A stretch of DNA of 64,000 bases from Octopus sinensis (GCF_006345805.1 NC_043011.1:9238001-9302000); one strand, 5' to 3'; counted from the stretch's first letter, positions 24,957 to 38,094 are shown. Made by a program: numbers and translations. The notes: generated from the letters alone by a model not told the origin.

Positions 24957-25062
24957 TATACATAACTACAAAGTTATGATAATAATATTGATATATAAAA
25001 AACCTGCTTCCAATAATATCCAATAAGAAAAAGAAATAAATGATAAGATAGATAATCAATAT

Positions 25063-25093
<31 letters not shown>

Positions 25094-25105
25094 TATATAT
25101 ATAAT

Positions 25106-25144
<39 letters not shown>

Positions 25145-25410
25145 GAACACACATATACATATGAAATAACAAATATACATACATGTGTTTATGTATATAT
25201 ATATATATATAAGGTGATGATATAATGAATTTGTTCCTCCCTTTTCTTATTTGTATTATTATATATATATATATCTCGGCAAAAGACTTTTCGGCAAAAA
25301 GACTTTTTTCGTGGTTAAAAGACTTTTTCTATTCTGAGCACTTGCTAATACATCTGTTTGTTTTGTACACCACCTGTCTTCGTCTTTTGTTTTTTTTTCG
25401 TAAACTTTCC

Positions 25411-25439
<29 letters not shown>

Positions 25440-25448
<9 letters not shown>

Positions 25449-25560
25449 ATCACGTGACCGACCAGACATCAGATGTTGTACACATCGCTGGTCACAATGC
25501 GTTCGCATTGTTTTAGCCTTCGAACGACGCCACCTCGCTGGCTAAGCGAGCAGGCAATGG
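25440..25560. mobile_element. Fragment of a further interspersed repeat (probable SINE 3' part)
   Basis: GC-rich cacgtgatcacgtgaccgaccagac...gctggctaagcgagcagg block between (TA)n tracts; family assignment is from recall and unverified. Confidence 0.4.
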
Positions 25561-25637
25561 CCAATTATATATATAACCACACACACACACCAACACACAC
25601 ACACACACAACACACCACACATATATATATATATATA

Positions 25638-25669
<32 letters not shown>

Positions 25670-25671
25670 AT

Positions 25672-25986
25672 AGGAGTGGCTGTATGTGGGTAGCTGCTTG
25701 GTTACAGCTCGCTACCAACCACATGGTTCGGATTCAGTCTGGTGCCTTGTACAAGTGTCTTCTACTATAGCCTCGGGCCGACCAAAGCCGTGTGAGTGGA
25801 TTTGGTAGATAGAAACTGAAAGAAGCCCGTCGTTTATATATGCGTGTGTGTGTATGTGTGTGTGTGTCTATGCTTGTGTGCCTGTGTTTGTCCCCCCAGC
25901 ATCGCTTCACACCCGATGCTGGTGTGTTTACGTCCCTAACATAGCGGTTCGGCAATAGAGACCCTTAGGATAAGTACTAGGCTTAC
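25672..25986 (+). mobile_element. SINE family A copy (3'-truncated)
   Basis: Colinear with 10789-11180. Confidence 0.85.
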
Positions 25987-26080
25987 ATATAGTTAAAATT
26001 TACAGAAAAACGAAAGACGAAGACGGATGTATGAACAGCAAGCAGGTGTATTAATTTGACGCTCGAGCAAGTGAGAAAGT

Positions 26081-26116
26081 CTTTTACATTTCGAGCCTAC
26101 GCTCTTCAACAGAAAG
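26081..26116 (-). ncRNA. Degenerate hammerhead-like motif (third family)
   Basis: cttt-CTGTTGA-a-gagc(gtag)gctc-GAAA-t-GTA-aaag. Core A6 reads U and stem III C reads T, so probably inactive. The downstream tail recurs inverted at 25290-25420. Confidence 0.45.
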
Positions 26117-26529
26117 GAATAAGAGAAAATAAACATGAGAGAATAAAAGAATTTGCCGATTTAGCGATCTAGCATGTGTGTGTGTGTGAGTGTGTGAATA
26201 TATATATATATATACCCGTCTATATATATGCATGTGTGTATATATATATATGTATATATCTTTTATCGAACACACGCACACACGCATATATATAAGTACA
26301 TACAGACAGACAGACAGTCATATGGAATATACAAAGCATAGATCTAGAAAGACTAATAGACCAGATGAGGGTTTAATTAGATAAAGTGTATTTATTTTGA
26401 TTGTGAGGGACTGCGTATAGTTCATCCGTTTCACGAGTCGGATATCTTTAACATCCGGAGCCGAGAATTGGACGAGCTTGCCATTGTGCCTCTCGCCATA
26501 TGTGTATCATAGAGAGGTAAGTGGAGAGA

Positions 26530-26665
26530 TATGTATGTATGTCATGTTAAGCTTTTTTTTCAAGATTTCTTGCCAATAGGGAAAGAGCTGGTTTCTAACC
26601 TATATCCAAGGCTCCTTCATTGTAAGGTCAACATCAACAACAGGGTATTTTCGTTTGTATGTATG

Positions 26666-26699
<34 letters not shown>

Positions 26700-28205
26700 T
26701 GTATGTATGTATGTATGTATGTATGTATGTATGTATGTATGTATGTATGTATGTACGTATGTATGAACTTTTTGCTTTATGTATGTGTTCTCATGCATAT
26801 ATTTGCATATCTGGTCATCTTCATTTATATAAATGTTAACCTTCTGGTAAGTTTTACAGAATTGTATACCGCCAGTGATGGATTGGATCTGTAGTCTTCG
26901 AATTATCTTTCTCCTTTCTGGTTTTGAGAAGCCTAATTTCTCAAGAATGGTATTTAGGCATATCCTATGGCCCCAATAATTACAGGTATAAATCAGAACT
27001 TGCAAATTGGATATATTAACTGCAGATTTCTCAATAGTTCAGCATAAGTATTCACTTTTTGACTGATTTTCAGCTTTATGTTAACATCCGGTGGGCAGCT
27101 AGTTTCCACAACTGTTTCTCTTCTCTACTCATGTTAAGTATATTATTACGTTTAAATTATTTTTGAGGTTTTCACTGAGTCATTCCACCAGTACTTCTTT
27201 TTATTATGAGTGGCAATAGCTTCTGCCATACTGTGGGTTCTTATTTCTTTGTCCTTGGGGTTATCCTTCCGACGGATTTCATTATACAGAATCCTAGCTA
27301 CAACATCATATCTCATGGGCACATATAACCGTGATAACATTTTCGGACAACTGCTTATGGTGTGAATGATATCTTTGGTATCCACAAACCCTGCATCGGT
27401 TGTCACATTTTACTGTTTTCCTACATCTTTATCCCTTTTGTGCATCAGGTTCTTGGTTGATATTTCCTGTTCCTGGATTGCAAACGTGGCAATTAGTAAT
27501 CCGGTTATTCATCCATGGATAAACTGCTTTGATGATCGATGGTACTATCATCTCGGAGCTTTCTACTAACATATCCATGCATAGTCCATCTTTTGATCTG
27601 ATGATACGTTGCGGTAGATTCGTGCGATTTCTTTGGGTTAGGTTATCAGACGAAGAATGTTGTTCAACGAGCTGCCTTCCAAGTCTTAAGATGTTATCAA
27701 CCTCATGTATTCAAACTTGGTCAAGGGATGCACTTCGACACTCGGTGGTTAAAAGATGTTGCCGAAAGGATATGATGCGACATTCAAAGGCACTTTGGAT
27801 CGATGTTAAGCCTCTGCCGCCTTATTTTCGTTTTAGGTAGAGGCGGTCTAGTTCACTGTTCCTTTGGAAATTATGTGTGCTTGTTAGTATTTTTCAGGTT
27901 TTCACATCAATGGCTCGGATCTCATCAAGCGTCCAATCAAGCAACCCAAGTATTGATATGAGTACTGGCACTGCAAATACATTGTCGGCCTCTGTCTTAT
28001 TGAATGCAGAGTGTTCTGAAGTCTAAATTTTCGATATTCGGCCGTAATATTCTTTAGTGAAACGTGTTTTGTTGCAGGTACCATTGTGAGACATGTCTTC
28101 ATCCACCCTTAGATACCTGTAACATTCCTCGTCAGATATAGGAGAAACAGTCAGATAGGGGATGTTGCTAGTCTGGTTTATAGTTTTCCCCCTTTTCCCA
28201 ACCAT
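26530..28205 (-). mobile_element. 5'-truncated R4-type LINE of a distinct lineage associated with (CATA)n
   Basis: ECYRYLRVDED, LDWTLDEIRAIDVKT, DRLYLKRK*GGRGL, CDNRCR..DIIHTISSCPKM, ..FIPVIIGAIG..KLGFSKPERRKIIRRLQIQSITG; internal (TATG)n 26655-26765; terminus at tatgtatgt 26530. Confidence 0.85.
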
Positions 28206-28399
28206 ATAACATTTATTCTGAAGCTAGAGCACGCAGAGTGAAGCCGCTCTCACTTTTCACAGCCACATTTATGTATGTATGTATGTATGTATGTATGTAT
28301 GTATGTATGTATGTATGTATGTATGTATGTATGTTTGTATGTATGTATGTATGTATGTATGTATGTATGTATGTATGTATGTATGTATGCATGTATGTA

Positions 28400-28460
28400 T
28401 GTAGGAGGTCTGATCAATAAGTATCCGGACTGGTGCCAAGCTAAAGTACACAGGGTGAAA
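28400..28460 (+). mobile_element. Mariner family-2 5' terminal fragment
   Basis: ggtctgatcaataagtatccggactg matches the terminus at 37552; another piece (gcacgcagagtgaagccgct) lies at ~28228-28248. Confidence 0.6.
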
Positions 28461-28579
28461 CAGCTGACACCAATAAGAAACTGGTACTCAATACTGGGTG
28501 TCGGCCGATATCCAAACATTGTCAGGCTGGCTTTACGGAGAAAATCGTTTATTCTGTAGTAGTTCATTTGTTGTTGTTG

Positions 28580-28780
28580 TTGTTGTTTAACCCCAGGCCA
28601 GTACTGATCGAGCAGATACCTGTTGTTAAAAACACTCCGTTGTGATCAATGGATTATCTTGTCAGAGTATCAAGGAGTAATATGTCTTGTTTTCCTTTTA
28701 TTAAGATGCTAGGGTGTGATTTTATGGAGACATGGATTCTATTTCTAGCAAATTGAGCGACCCTGTGGAGTTTCCCTGGT
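28580..28780 (+). repeat. Diverged ~200-bp interspersed repeat family C (also 35175-35390 +, 35765-35945 +, 54190-54400 -)
   Basis: Shared blocks ctgatcgagcaga, tgatcaa and ctatttctagca..gagcgacc across four loci. Confidence 0.6.
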
Positions 28781-29890
28781 TAATGACCAACGTAGTTGAA
28801 TGGTTAACCCGTTCGTTTTGCATTCACACGGTCTCTGGTTCGATATCACCTGGTGAGACCTTGGGCACGTGTCTTTTACCACAAATCTAAGACTGTCAGC
28901 GTAACAGAGAAGAAGGAAACTGTACGGATGCTCATCAGCTGGATTGTTCCTGGATTTCAAAACCCCAGCTTTGTCAGAAGCACTGCCTTCATAATTCTGT
29001 AAATGTAACAAATGCCTGTGGAGTACTCAGTCACTTTCACATTATTTCAGTGAGCAAACAGCTCAGTTTATCGAACAGCTGGATAGTCATCGTTGCAACT
29101 GACGGCTATCCATATATTTACGTTGTTCAACAGGTAATTATATAATGAGTCTCAAGAGAATGGAAGTTTATTTCACCTTAATTAAAGAGTAATTAGATTA
29201 ATGAGGCAACTAATATTAGCTGCATACAACAAGAACGTATTAAAATATATCTGATATGATATAGAACATAAAATATATCATTTACTTATATCGTATATTT
29301 AGAATGGATAGCTTTATGCCCGTTTCCGCACAAGCAGAAATATTGAATAGATATATGTATACGTGCATATACATTACTACATATATATATATATATATAT
29401 CTATATATATTAATATATATATATATATATATATAATATATATATATATATACATATATAAAATATACATAAAAATATCATGTATATTAAAACACATTAA
29501 GAGGCTTCCAAATAGGAAAGCCTTGTGCTAGAAAGAGCAGTAGAAAACTCAAACCACTAATTAGGGATAAATTCTCGGAAGGAATGAAAATATTGACTAA
29601 GATATCTCCCAGACAGGAGAAGAGATCTTATGTTGTCTGGGAGATATCACTGAGGATATGTCTGGAAGATATCTTATGGTAGTAGAATAGTATTTAACTG
29701 CTATTTCTAAATTTCGGTATGTGGTGAAGTAATTTTGCAAACCCCTAATTATAATTATGTTTATAATTATAATAATTTTTGTATAAGGTTACCGATAATG
29801 GTTCTTTTAACATACCGAACTACTTGGTAAGATTATTAATTATAAATTGATTAAATAATTTTAACCTTTATTATTTTATGTGTGTATGTA

Positions 29891-29946
<56 letters not shown>

Positions 29947-30584
29947 ATTTAATAAATAAAACATATGCATACATACATACATATATGTACATACCTACAT
30001 CTATATGTATATATACATGCATATATATATATATATATGAGTACACAAATAAACGTAGAACACAACGAGAAACGAAAACATAAAATCAAACAAGGAAACG
30101 GACTTTTTTTAACAACGAAAAAACAGAGTACAAGACAAACAATACAAGGTACATTCCCCTTCTTCAGCTGCCCCTGTTTCGGCTCATTGCGTGTTTCGAA
30201 GGTACCGTCCTGAGAATGGTACAAAACTTATAGAAAAAGAACTTTTGGATAATAGGGACTGTTTGGTGGTGGTGGTGGTGATGTAGTGGCAGAGATGGTA
30301 GTCGATATGTCGCGAAACATATGGGATGGAGTGAAGATGATGATGAAGGTGAGAAGGAAGAGGAAGAAGATGGTGGTGGTGGTGGTGGTGGCGGCGGTGG
30401 TAGCACTGCTGCTACCACTGATCATTCCTCACGACATTAGACAAAGCTCAAATTACACTGAAACTCAACGGAATTAGACAGATGGTTAACTGTACAACAT
30501 ACACACGCGCACACACACACACACACACATACACGCACACACTTGATACATGGCTATGGTCTTTAGTATCCCCGCTTCGCTTGT

Positions 30585-30673
<89 letters not shown>

Positions 30674-30703
30674 GGATAGATAGATAGATAGATGGATGGA
30701 TAT

Positions 30704-30772
<69 letters not shown>
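30585..30772. repeat. (GATA)n array
   Basis: Direct reading. Confidence 0.97.
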
Positions 30773-30865
30773 GATCATCTTCATTAAAAAATCTTACATA
30801 TTCGATCACAGTGAATGTTAAATTTTGCATCATTGAACTATTATAGTTGAGAGAGAGAAAGAGAA

Positions 30866-30897
<32 letters not shown>

Positions 30898-30996
30898 GGA
30901 AGAGAGAGGGAAGAGAGATTGATACGAAGGACATTTGAGAGACTTTATAAACAGAGGAGCAGTTTAGGGAAGAAGATAATGGAAGATGTGGTTGCC

Positions 30997-31027
<31 letters not shown>

Positions 31028-31456
31028 TAGTGGGTGTGTGTGTGTGTGAGAGAGAGAGAGAGAAAGAGAGAATGAAAGAGAGAGAGAGAGAGAGAGAAAT
31101 AGAGAAAGAGAGAGAGAGAGAGAGAGAGGAAGAGCGAGAGAGAGAGAGAAGGTGGGAGTGCGGAGAGGGGAGAGTTTTGAATGTCGAAAGTTTAGAATAA
31201 ACTGCATCAAGTAGTTAGCGAAGCTAATGTATGATGTAGGGTTGGAGAGGAGGTGTGGGGGTTGTGGGGGTGTGACGGGGAGAGGAATAGTGTGGGTGTG
31301 GGTGTGGGTAGTACCACATAAGCACACACACCTAGGTGTACACTCTTCTATCTTTATACACAATCAGGCGCGCGTACGCAAGTACACACCCGTGCTTCTA
31401 TGTGTGTGTGTGTGTGGGTACATACACACAAACATATATACAGCGTATATGTGTGA

Positions 31457-31500
<44 letters not shown>

Positions 31501-31547
31501 ACACACACATATATATTCATGCACACACACACACACACAATTGACTG

Positions 31548-32410
31548 CTAATTAGTGGAGTGGTTCGAGCGTTCAAACCCAGCATGGCCTGTTCGGATGT
31601 AGACTGAGACCATTGCCAAGTTTAACCCTTTCCCTTGGTATCTTGACAACTTTTGGCAGAATCCATTCTGTTGCAAGAATTCGGACCAGGTCTTCCGTTT
31701 GAGAATGCCCTCACCCTTCCCTCTATCCTTTCTTCCAGTGATGGGAGTTCTGTAGCGGATCCCGGCGTTGCCTTTTCCCGATGATTGATGTAAATGATAT
31801 TCAGAGAGTTTGCAGCTGAGACAATCTTTCCTATTCAACATCGATCTTCTCAAGACCTGATAACATCCATTTGGACAATTTCTGTCTCTGTTCTCATTGA
31901 AGGGACTTAGGGCTGTAATCACCTTGTGGATGAGTTTTTCCCACACACCACTGCACACAAACTTTGCTAACACCTCAATGTTCTTTATTTAATAAAATTA
32001 TAATAATATATAATGGCCCCTTTATCCGTTTATTTAAGTTTATATCATGAAGAGGAATTTTCAGGAATAATTATTCTTAACTGACCGGTGGGGTCCAATC
32101 CTTTGTTGACTACTTGGAGTAATCCACCTCGTCTGCCTCTGTTGCAGGTGAGAATATCGGTGGATCGCTTCGCTTATCTGCGAGTCTGAAGTCCTGAAAA
32201 GTCTTGGGCGAGCTTGCGCAGTTGTGGACAAATGGTGAATGCAGCAACAGCGCATGACCCTCCCCCCTGACCTGACCTGACCTGATCGGCGGGGTTTATT
32301 TCATGATTCAATTCCGCCAATAAAGTACAAAGAGTTTTGCACGGCTCTCCTATATCGTGGTCATTCCTGTTTCGCAGGACAATTAGACCGTCGTCTTTGT
32401 ATAACACCCG
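31548..32410 (-). mobile_element. Degenerate Penelope-like element fragment (RT C-terminus + GIY-YIG region), second lineage
   Basis: LYKDDGLIVLRNRN (YxDD motif in PLE GLYRDDGL context) and RDRNCP (C..NCP preceding GIY-YIG); many frameshifts. Confidence 0.55.
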
Positions 32411-32917
32411 TTCTATTACAGATTATATTGTATACAATATAATATATAATATTATAAATATTATATATTTAAAGAGAAATGACACCTTTCGATAGAAGTT
32501 AGAATGTGCGAACTAAATAGGTATTACTTGCTCTTATTAGGACAATTAAACTGCGTTTAGTTTTATTTATAAAGATTTTTTTGTGATCCTTAAATGTTAT
32601 ATAGGATTTCCTTAAGATTAAATATTCAACTCTAGTATCTCTATGACAGCTAATGATAATGTCTGTAGATGGAAGTTTATGGAATTAAACGTATGAATGC
32701 CAAATTTAGTGAACTTTCAATGATATGAATATCAAGTATAGAAAGATTATTTTAAACAAATCTCGTTTGACTTCAGAACCTATTCGGGAATAAACAAGCA
32801 AGGTAACATTCTTTCGGGATCGATTAAATAAGCAACAATTTCGCACTGAGTTCGATGTAATCGACAATCCCGGGCCCCAACAACCAAAATTTCAGGCCTT
32901 CAGCCAAAATTTGAAGC

Positions 32918-32964
<47 letters not shown>

Positions 32965-32965
<1 letters not shown>

Positions 32966-33521
32966 GAGTGAGAGAGCAGTTCCTGCCATCAAAGTGACAA
33001 TGGGGGGTAAAAATATACGAAGCCCAGTATACCCATCATGACTACCCGTCTGATAAGGGTACACCAGCACATGCATCACAACCATATATGCGTGACATGG
33101 TGATCTCATATCAAGATAAACAGCGCTGACCTTGCAGGTGGGCCAAGTTAGAATTTCTTCAGGTTGAGTAGCCCATCCCGCTCAAAAGGTCCCTGAATAA
33201 GGTTTGTTTAAGGATGTTGAAAGAACCACCCATGTTTCCAGAGGTGAATTATTCAAACCCCAAAGAATCCCTCGAAACACATGGCATGATGCTCACCACT
33301 ACTTCTGCTCATGATCAGAGTTGCACATATCGTCAGCCACTAAAGGACATGCTCAACTGGTTAAGGTCAAACAACTGACAAGCAAATCTGTGGTATTGAG
33401 CAGAATATTTGCTGTAAGCCATCTTTAATACCAAGACAAAACAATGTACAGGATAACACTTCCAATCAGTTAGATCATAAGCCATGAGAGTCACTCCTGC
33501 CTAGTACGGCCATCAGGGCAT
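32965..33521. mobile_element. 557-bp non-coding element embedded between two (TTA)n arrays
   Basis: Higher-GC complex sequence with sharp boundaries against (TTA)n at 32920-32964 and 33522-33740; no LINE ORF recognised. Confidence 0.55.
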
Positions 33522-33536
33522 TTATTATTATTATTA

Positions 33537-33568
<32 letters not shown>

Positions 33569-33584
33569 GATTTATATATTATTA

Positions 33585-33624
<40 letters not shown>

Positions 33625-33942
33625 TATTATTATTATTATTATTATCATTATTATCATTATTATTAGTATTATTATTATCATTATTGTTGTTGTTATTATT
33701 ATTATTATCATTATTGTTGTTACTATTATCATTACCATCATCATTTCATTGCTGCTTTTCAATACACTCTTCCAATAAACACATATTTGTGCAGGTAGAT
33801 TTCTCAGGCAACAATTTGTCATGAGAAACATGAGAAGTGCCAAGAGATGGAATTACGTATTTAGTAAAGAACAGAATCTCACTTTCCAGCTTCCTCTTTC
33901 TCTCTTCGTCTCTTCCATTCCTTCCTTCCTCCCTCCCTTCCT

Positions 33943-33981
<39 letters not shown>

Positions 33982-34547
33982 GCGATTCAATAACCAGAAT
34001 GTCGCTATTTTAGTTTTGTTCTTAATGTTTGTCGATCGTTTTGTGTCTTTAATGGCGAGGTTTGTGGTGATGGTAGGGCTTTTTGATAGAGTCGGGGCAG
34101 GTTGGTGGTGCTGGTGGTGCTGGTGGTGGTGCTGGTGGTGGTCGTCGTCATTGTAATACTGCTAGCACCGATAATGGTAGCAGCAGTAGTAGTAGTAGTA
34201 GTAGTAGAGGTGGTGATAGTGGTGGCGGCGGCGGTGGTGGTGGAGGTGGTGGTGGTAGATGAGATTGTGCAAATATGTGGTGTGGTGAGTGGGAAGTTTT
34301 TCTTTTCTTTCTGCGATCATAAACGAATTCTGTGAAATCATAAAAAAAGAATCACCATCAGATTGAATTGGATGAGGTGTCTAAGAATGGGTGTGGATGG
34401 ATTCAGAAACGACTATGGATCTATTCATGTATAAATGGATGCATTTGTGTTAATGCATATATATATATATATACACACAATTACATATAAAGATATATGT
34501 GTGTGTGTGTGTGTGCATGTACGTATGTAATATGTATATAAATATGC

Positions 34548-34610
<63 letters not shown>

Positions 34611-34673
34611 TATGCATGTTTTTATTTATATTAAGGGCATTACTAGACATATATGTATATGTATGTGTATATA

Positions 34674-34711
<38 letters not shown>

Positions 34712-35439
34712 AACATTGGTTAGAGAACAAACATCAAATATTTATGTATGTATAGATATATATGTGTGTATATATGCATGTGTATATATATGTATGTATA
34801 TATATGTATATATACACATATTTATCGATTGCAGGCATATTTATATTAATGAATATATAAATTTATCTGTGTATGTTATGTGCGTATGTGTGTACATACA
34901 TAAATATACACATATGTGTGTGTGTGTATGTGTGTGTGTGAGTCTAAGTTTACGCTGCCAACTTTAGAGTGAAAAGTTTAAGTTTTGGCTGTAATTTTTC
35001 CATTTTCCCTAACATTCTTGGGAAATGTATGAAAGCCATCTCCTTCATTCCTTTTCTCTCTCAAATCAATAGTGATATCACCCATTGATGGATACCTCCA
35101 ACTGTCAAAACCTTAAATCAATAATTTTATCTAAAGTATGACTGAGGAGGAAGAATCAACCTGGCCGATGACTGTTTGTGGATGTTTTAGCCCGAGGTCA
35201 GCCCGACAACCAGTCGACCTATGATCAATGACATTCTGGCCGTGAGCATTCCCTTATTCAATCAGACATTGTGTACCTGTGCGTTTCATTCCGTTTTTTG
35301 ATAAAATTGTCGGATATGATTTAGATGAGATTTGATTGCTATTTCTAGCAAGTTAAGCGACCACGTAAATGTCCCTTTGATGGGATTGCTTGGACGTATT
35401 GGAATCATACAAAACTGAAGACGAGTAATTTTGAGGGTT

Positions 35440-35585
35440 GCGGAGATAAGACGACAGAATCGATTCCACTATTTGACGGCTAATTTATTTTATCGACCTC
35501 GAAAGAATGAAAGGCAAAGCTGACCTCAACGGGATTTGAACTCAGAGCGTACAGAACAAGAGGACGTACTCAAAAGCATTTTTGT
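35440..35585 (-). mobile_element. SINE family B, degenerate
   Basis: atcgacctcgaaagaatgaaaggcaaagctgacctc..gatttgaactcagag. Confidence 0.7.
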
Positions 35586-37177
35586 TGTTGTTTCCACCGA
35601 TTTTTTAACAGTGATTGGTATCATTTTTCCTTCTTTGGGTCAATATAATCGAACTCTTTCACTGAAGGCTGAGGCTTTCTTCTTAGAAAAGCAATATTTA
35701 CGTTTCACACACACACACACCACACACACACATGATTTCTCTTCCATTTTGAATTGCTCAGTTTTTGTTGTTTAACAGCAGTCCAGTCCTGATCGAGCAG
35801 ATCTATGAACAGAGGAGTTCCAGTCGTGACCACCCCGTCTAGTTTCATGACAGAAAGCTAGGACTATAGTATCCGGTGTGTCAAATGATATTTATGACAG
35901 TAAACTGTGATTTGAGGGAGATTCAGCGATGATTGAGCGGTTCCTTTCTGTGCAGTGTTTGTTTTAAGGTGCCGCATGATCCGGAGGCACGATTCGAAGC
36001 AAAAGGTTAAAAAAATATTTTTTAAAAAGCTTAGAAGAGAGGTTTTGCTCTTTCAAACAATATCTTGTACGACCATTCGTCGTTGAAATCTTAGGAACTA
36101 CCTCATTTTCATCCTCTCACATAGGATTGTATTCCGCGGATAGAAGAGAGGGAGCTCTATTGTTTATCTGAGATTCTTCTATACTTCGATCGAGTTGTCG
36201 TTCCATTACAAAGCAATATCGTGTCCATTGTGTATCCCGCCTCGTAAATTCTACTTCAGCGGTCCCTCCTATTGACCTCAATTAGGCACCTAAATTTCCA
36301 TAACAGACCATTATGTACTTCCAAACAATAATATTAGGTCGATTGTGATTTAATGTAAATGCTATTTTTATGTTGAGGTTTCACCAATATTCTTTGATCC
36401 ATTGATCTCAATGGTTATTGTTTATCGTTTTCTTTTTATTTCTAATTTCAGATTGTTCTGGCTAAAATATTGATGTTCATGGTGAGACAGTGTCTCGATT
36501 ACATTGACCATTGAACGCAAGGATGTTACATATGTCTTCACAAAATATTAACTAGATGCTGTGTCACTATTTGTGCAATGGCTAATGGATGTCGTTTTCT
36601 AAATACTAGATTGTTTGGAGGCAAACTTTGAAGCGAAATGCTATAAACTCGTACCGTATTTAATGCTAAGCTTTTACGGGCGTTTGAACCCACTCGCAGC
36701 CGTGAATATTCTCTGAAAACTGTAGATAAATGAATCTGTGCATTAGTGTGTGTATTTGTGTGAGCACACACCCTCGCACGCATACACATGCAAATATGGA
36801 TTAGAAGCAGTGCTAGTGCTGTAAACGTTATCGAACTTGCTCAATATACGAGACATGATTTTCGTCGGTAGGCTGAGAATTGACGCGGTGGAAATGATTC
36901 TCTCAAAGCGCCGGGTATTAAAACACCAGAAAGTCATAGATAGGCAAGACAACTCACCCCGAAAACCATTCAGGAGCGACGGACAGAGAGGATTTGCCAT
37001 TTTTGTGGATCATCAATATCACGTACATGAGCTAAACCAGCGGAAAATTGAATAGCCTGTCCATTATTATGTGCAAAATGGTATAAGAACCATCTGCTGC
37101 TACACTCGAACGATGAATGTGTAGGAAAAAATTCAAATATATATTAGAAGCAGCGCTAGTATTGCAAACGTTACCGC

Positions 37178-37426
37178 ACACACATAGTCAATATACGTGC
37201 TCTGATTGTTCGCCGGAAGGCTGCGAAGTAATGCGGTGGAGGTGACTCTATCAAAGCACTGCGAGTCAAAACGCCTGAAAGTCATAAACAGAGACACGGA
37301 GTGAATTGTCTCACCAGTCTATGGCTTTCAGGTGTTTTAACACTCGGCACTTTGAGAGAGTCAATACCACAGCGTCACTTCGCAGCCTACCGGCAAACAA
37401 TTGGTTTCGCGTACTAAGCATGTGTT
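37178..37426. mobile_element. Fold-back (MITE-like) element with ~115-bp imperfect arms; further direct copy of the arm at 36800-36960
   Basis: 37178-37296 is roughly 75% identical (by eye) to the reverse complement of 37306-37426; central gagaca/tgtctc stem. Confidence 0.7.
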
Positions 37427-37551
37427 CCATAGACATACATAAATACATACAAACATACATACACACGTGTATATATATATATATAATATATATATATATA
37501 CATATATATATCGGCACACACACACTTATAGATACATGCATACATACATTC

Positions 37552-38055
37552 ATGGTATGATCAATAAGTATCCGGACTGTTGCCAGAGTAACGAACCTAA
37601 AGCACGCAGAGTAAAGCCGCTAGGTACTGATTGATCAGAAACTCTGCTGTGCATGCGCACTAAGTTTTAATGTCCTAGCTCACTTCTACTGTCTACAGCA
37701 GGGCTTGGGAGGAAGGTGTGTAGCGTGTGATCGTCGCATTGACCATGACAGAGAAAGTTGAGCAGAGAATCTGCATCAAATTTTGCCAAAAGCTTGGTTA
37801 TACTTGCTCAGTCAAGAAGATTTTGTGCAATTGAAACCCGAGTGTCTTTTTGGTCAGCTGAAAGCAGTTTTGACACAAAATTAGCAGACACGCGTCTCAC
37901 ACCCAAATCTTCATTGATAATGGACTGAACTGAACCGTAACTAATCTGCACATCCCCTGACAACTCACAGATGGGGATTCGACGATTCCTTCTCACAGCT
38001 GCACGCATATTTGCGATGTTTTTCTCAATTCTTTTTCTTTTACGTGTTTCAGTTA
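37552..38055. mobile_element. Rearranged mariner (family 2): 5' end + N-terminus on plus, HTH segment on minus
   Basis: Plus: terminal tgatcaataagtatccggactg and MTEKVEQRICIKFCQKLG. Minus 37812-38055: VRRNRRIPICELSGDVQISYGSVQSII..LGVRRVSANFVSKLL. Confidence 0.8.
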
Positions 38056-38094
38056 TTAGACTGTGGCCATGCTGGGGCACCGCTTCGAACAATT

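Noticed and set aside
30040-30215. Hammerhead-like words (CTGAAGA, CCGAAAC) on minus strand
   Set aside because: The order and helices could not be assembled into a consistent type I/II/III fold; possibly a decayed PLE terminus.
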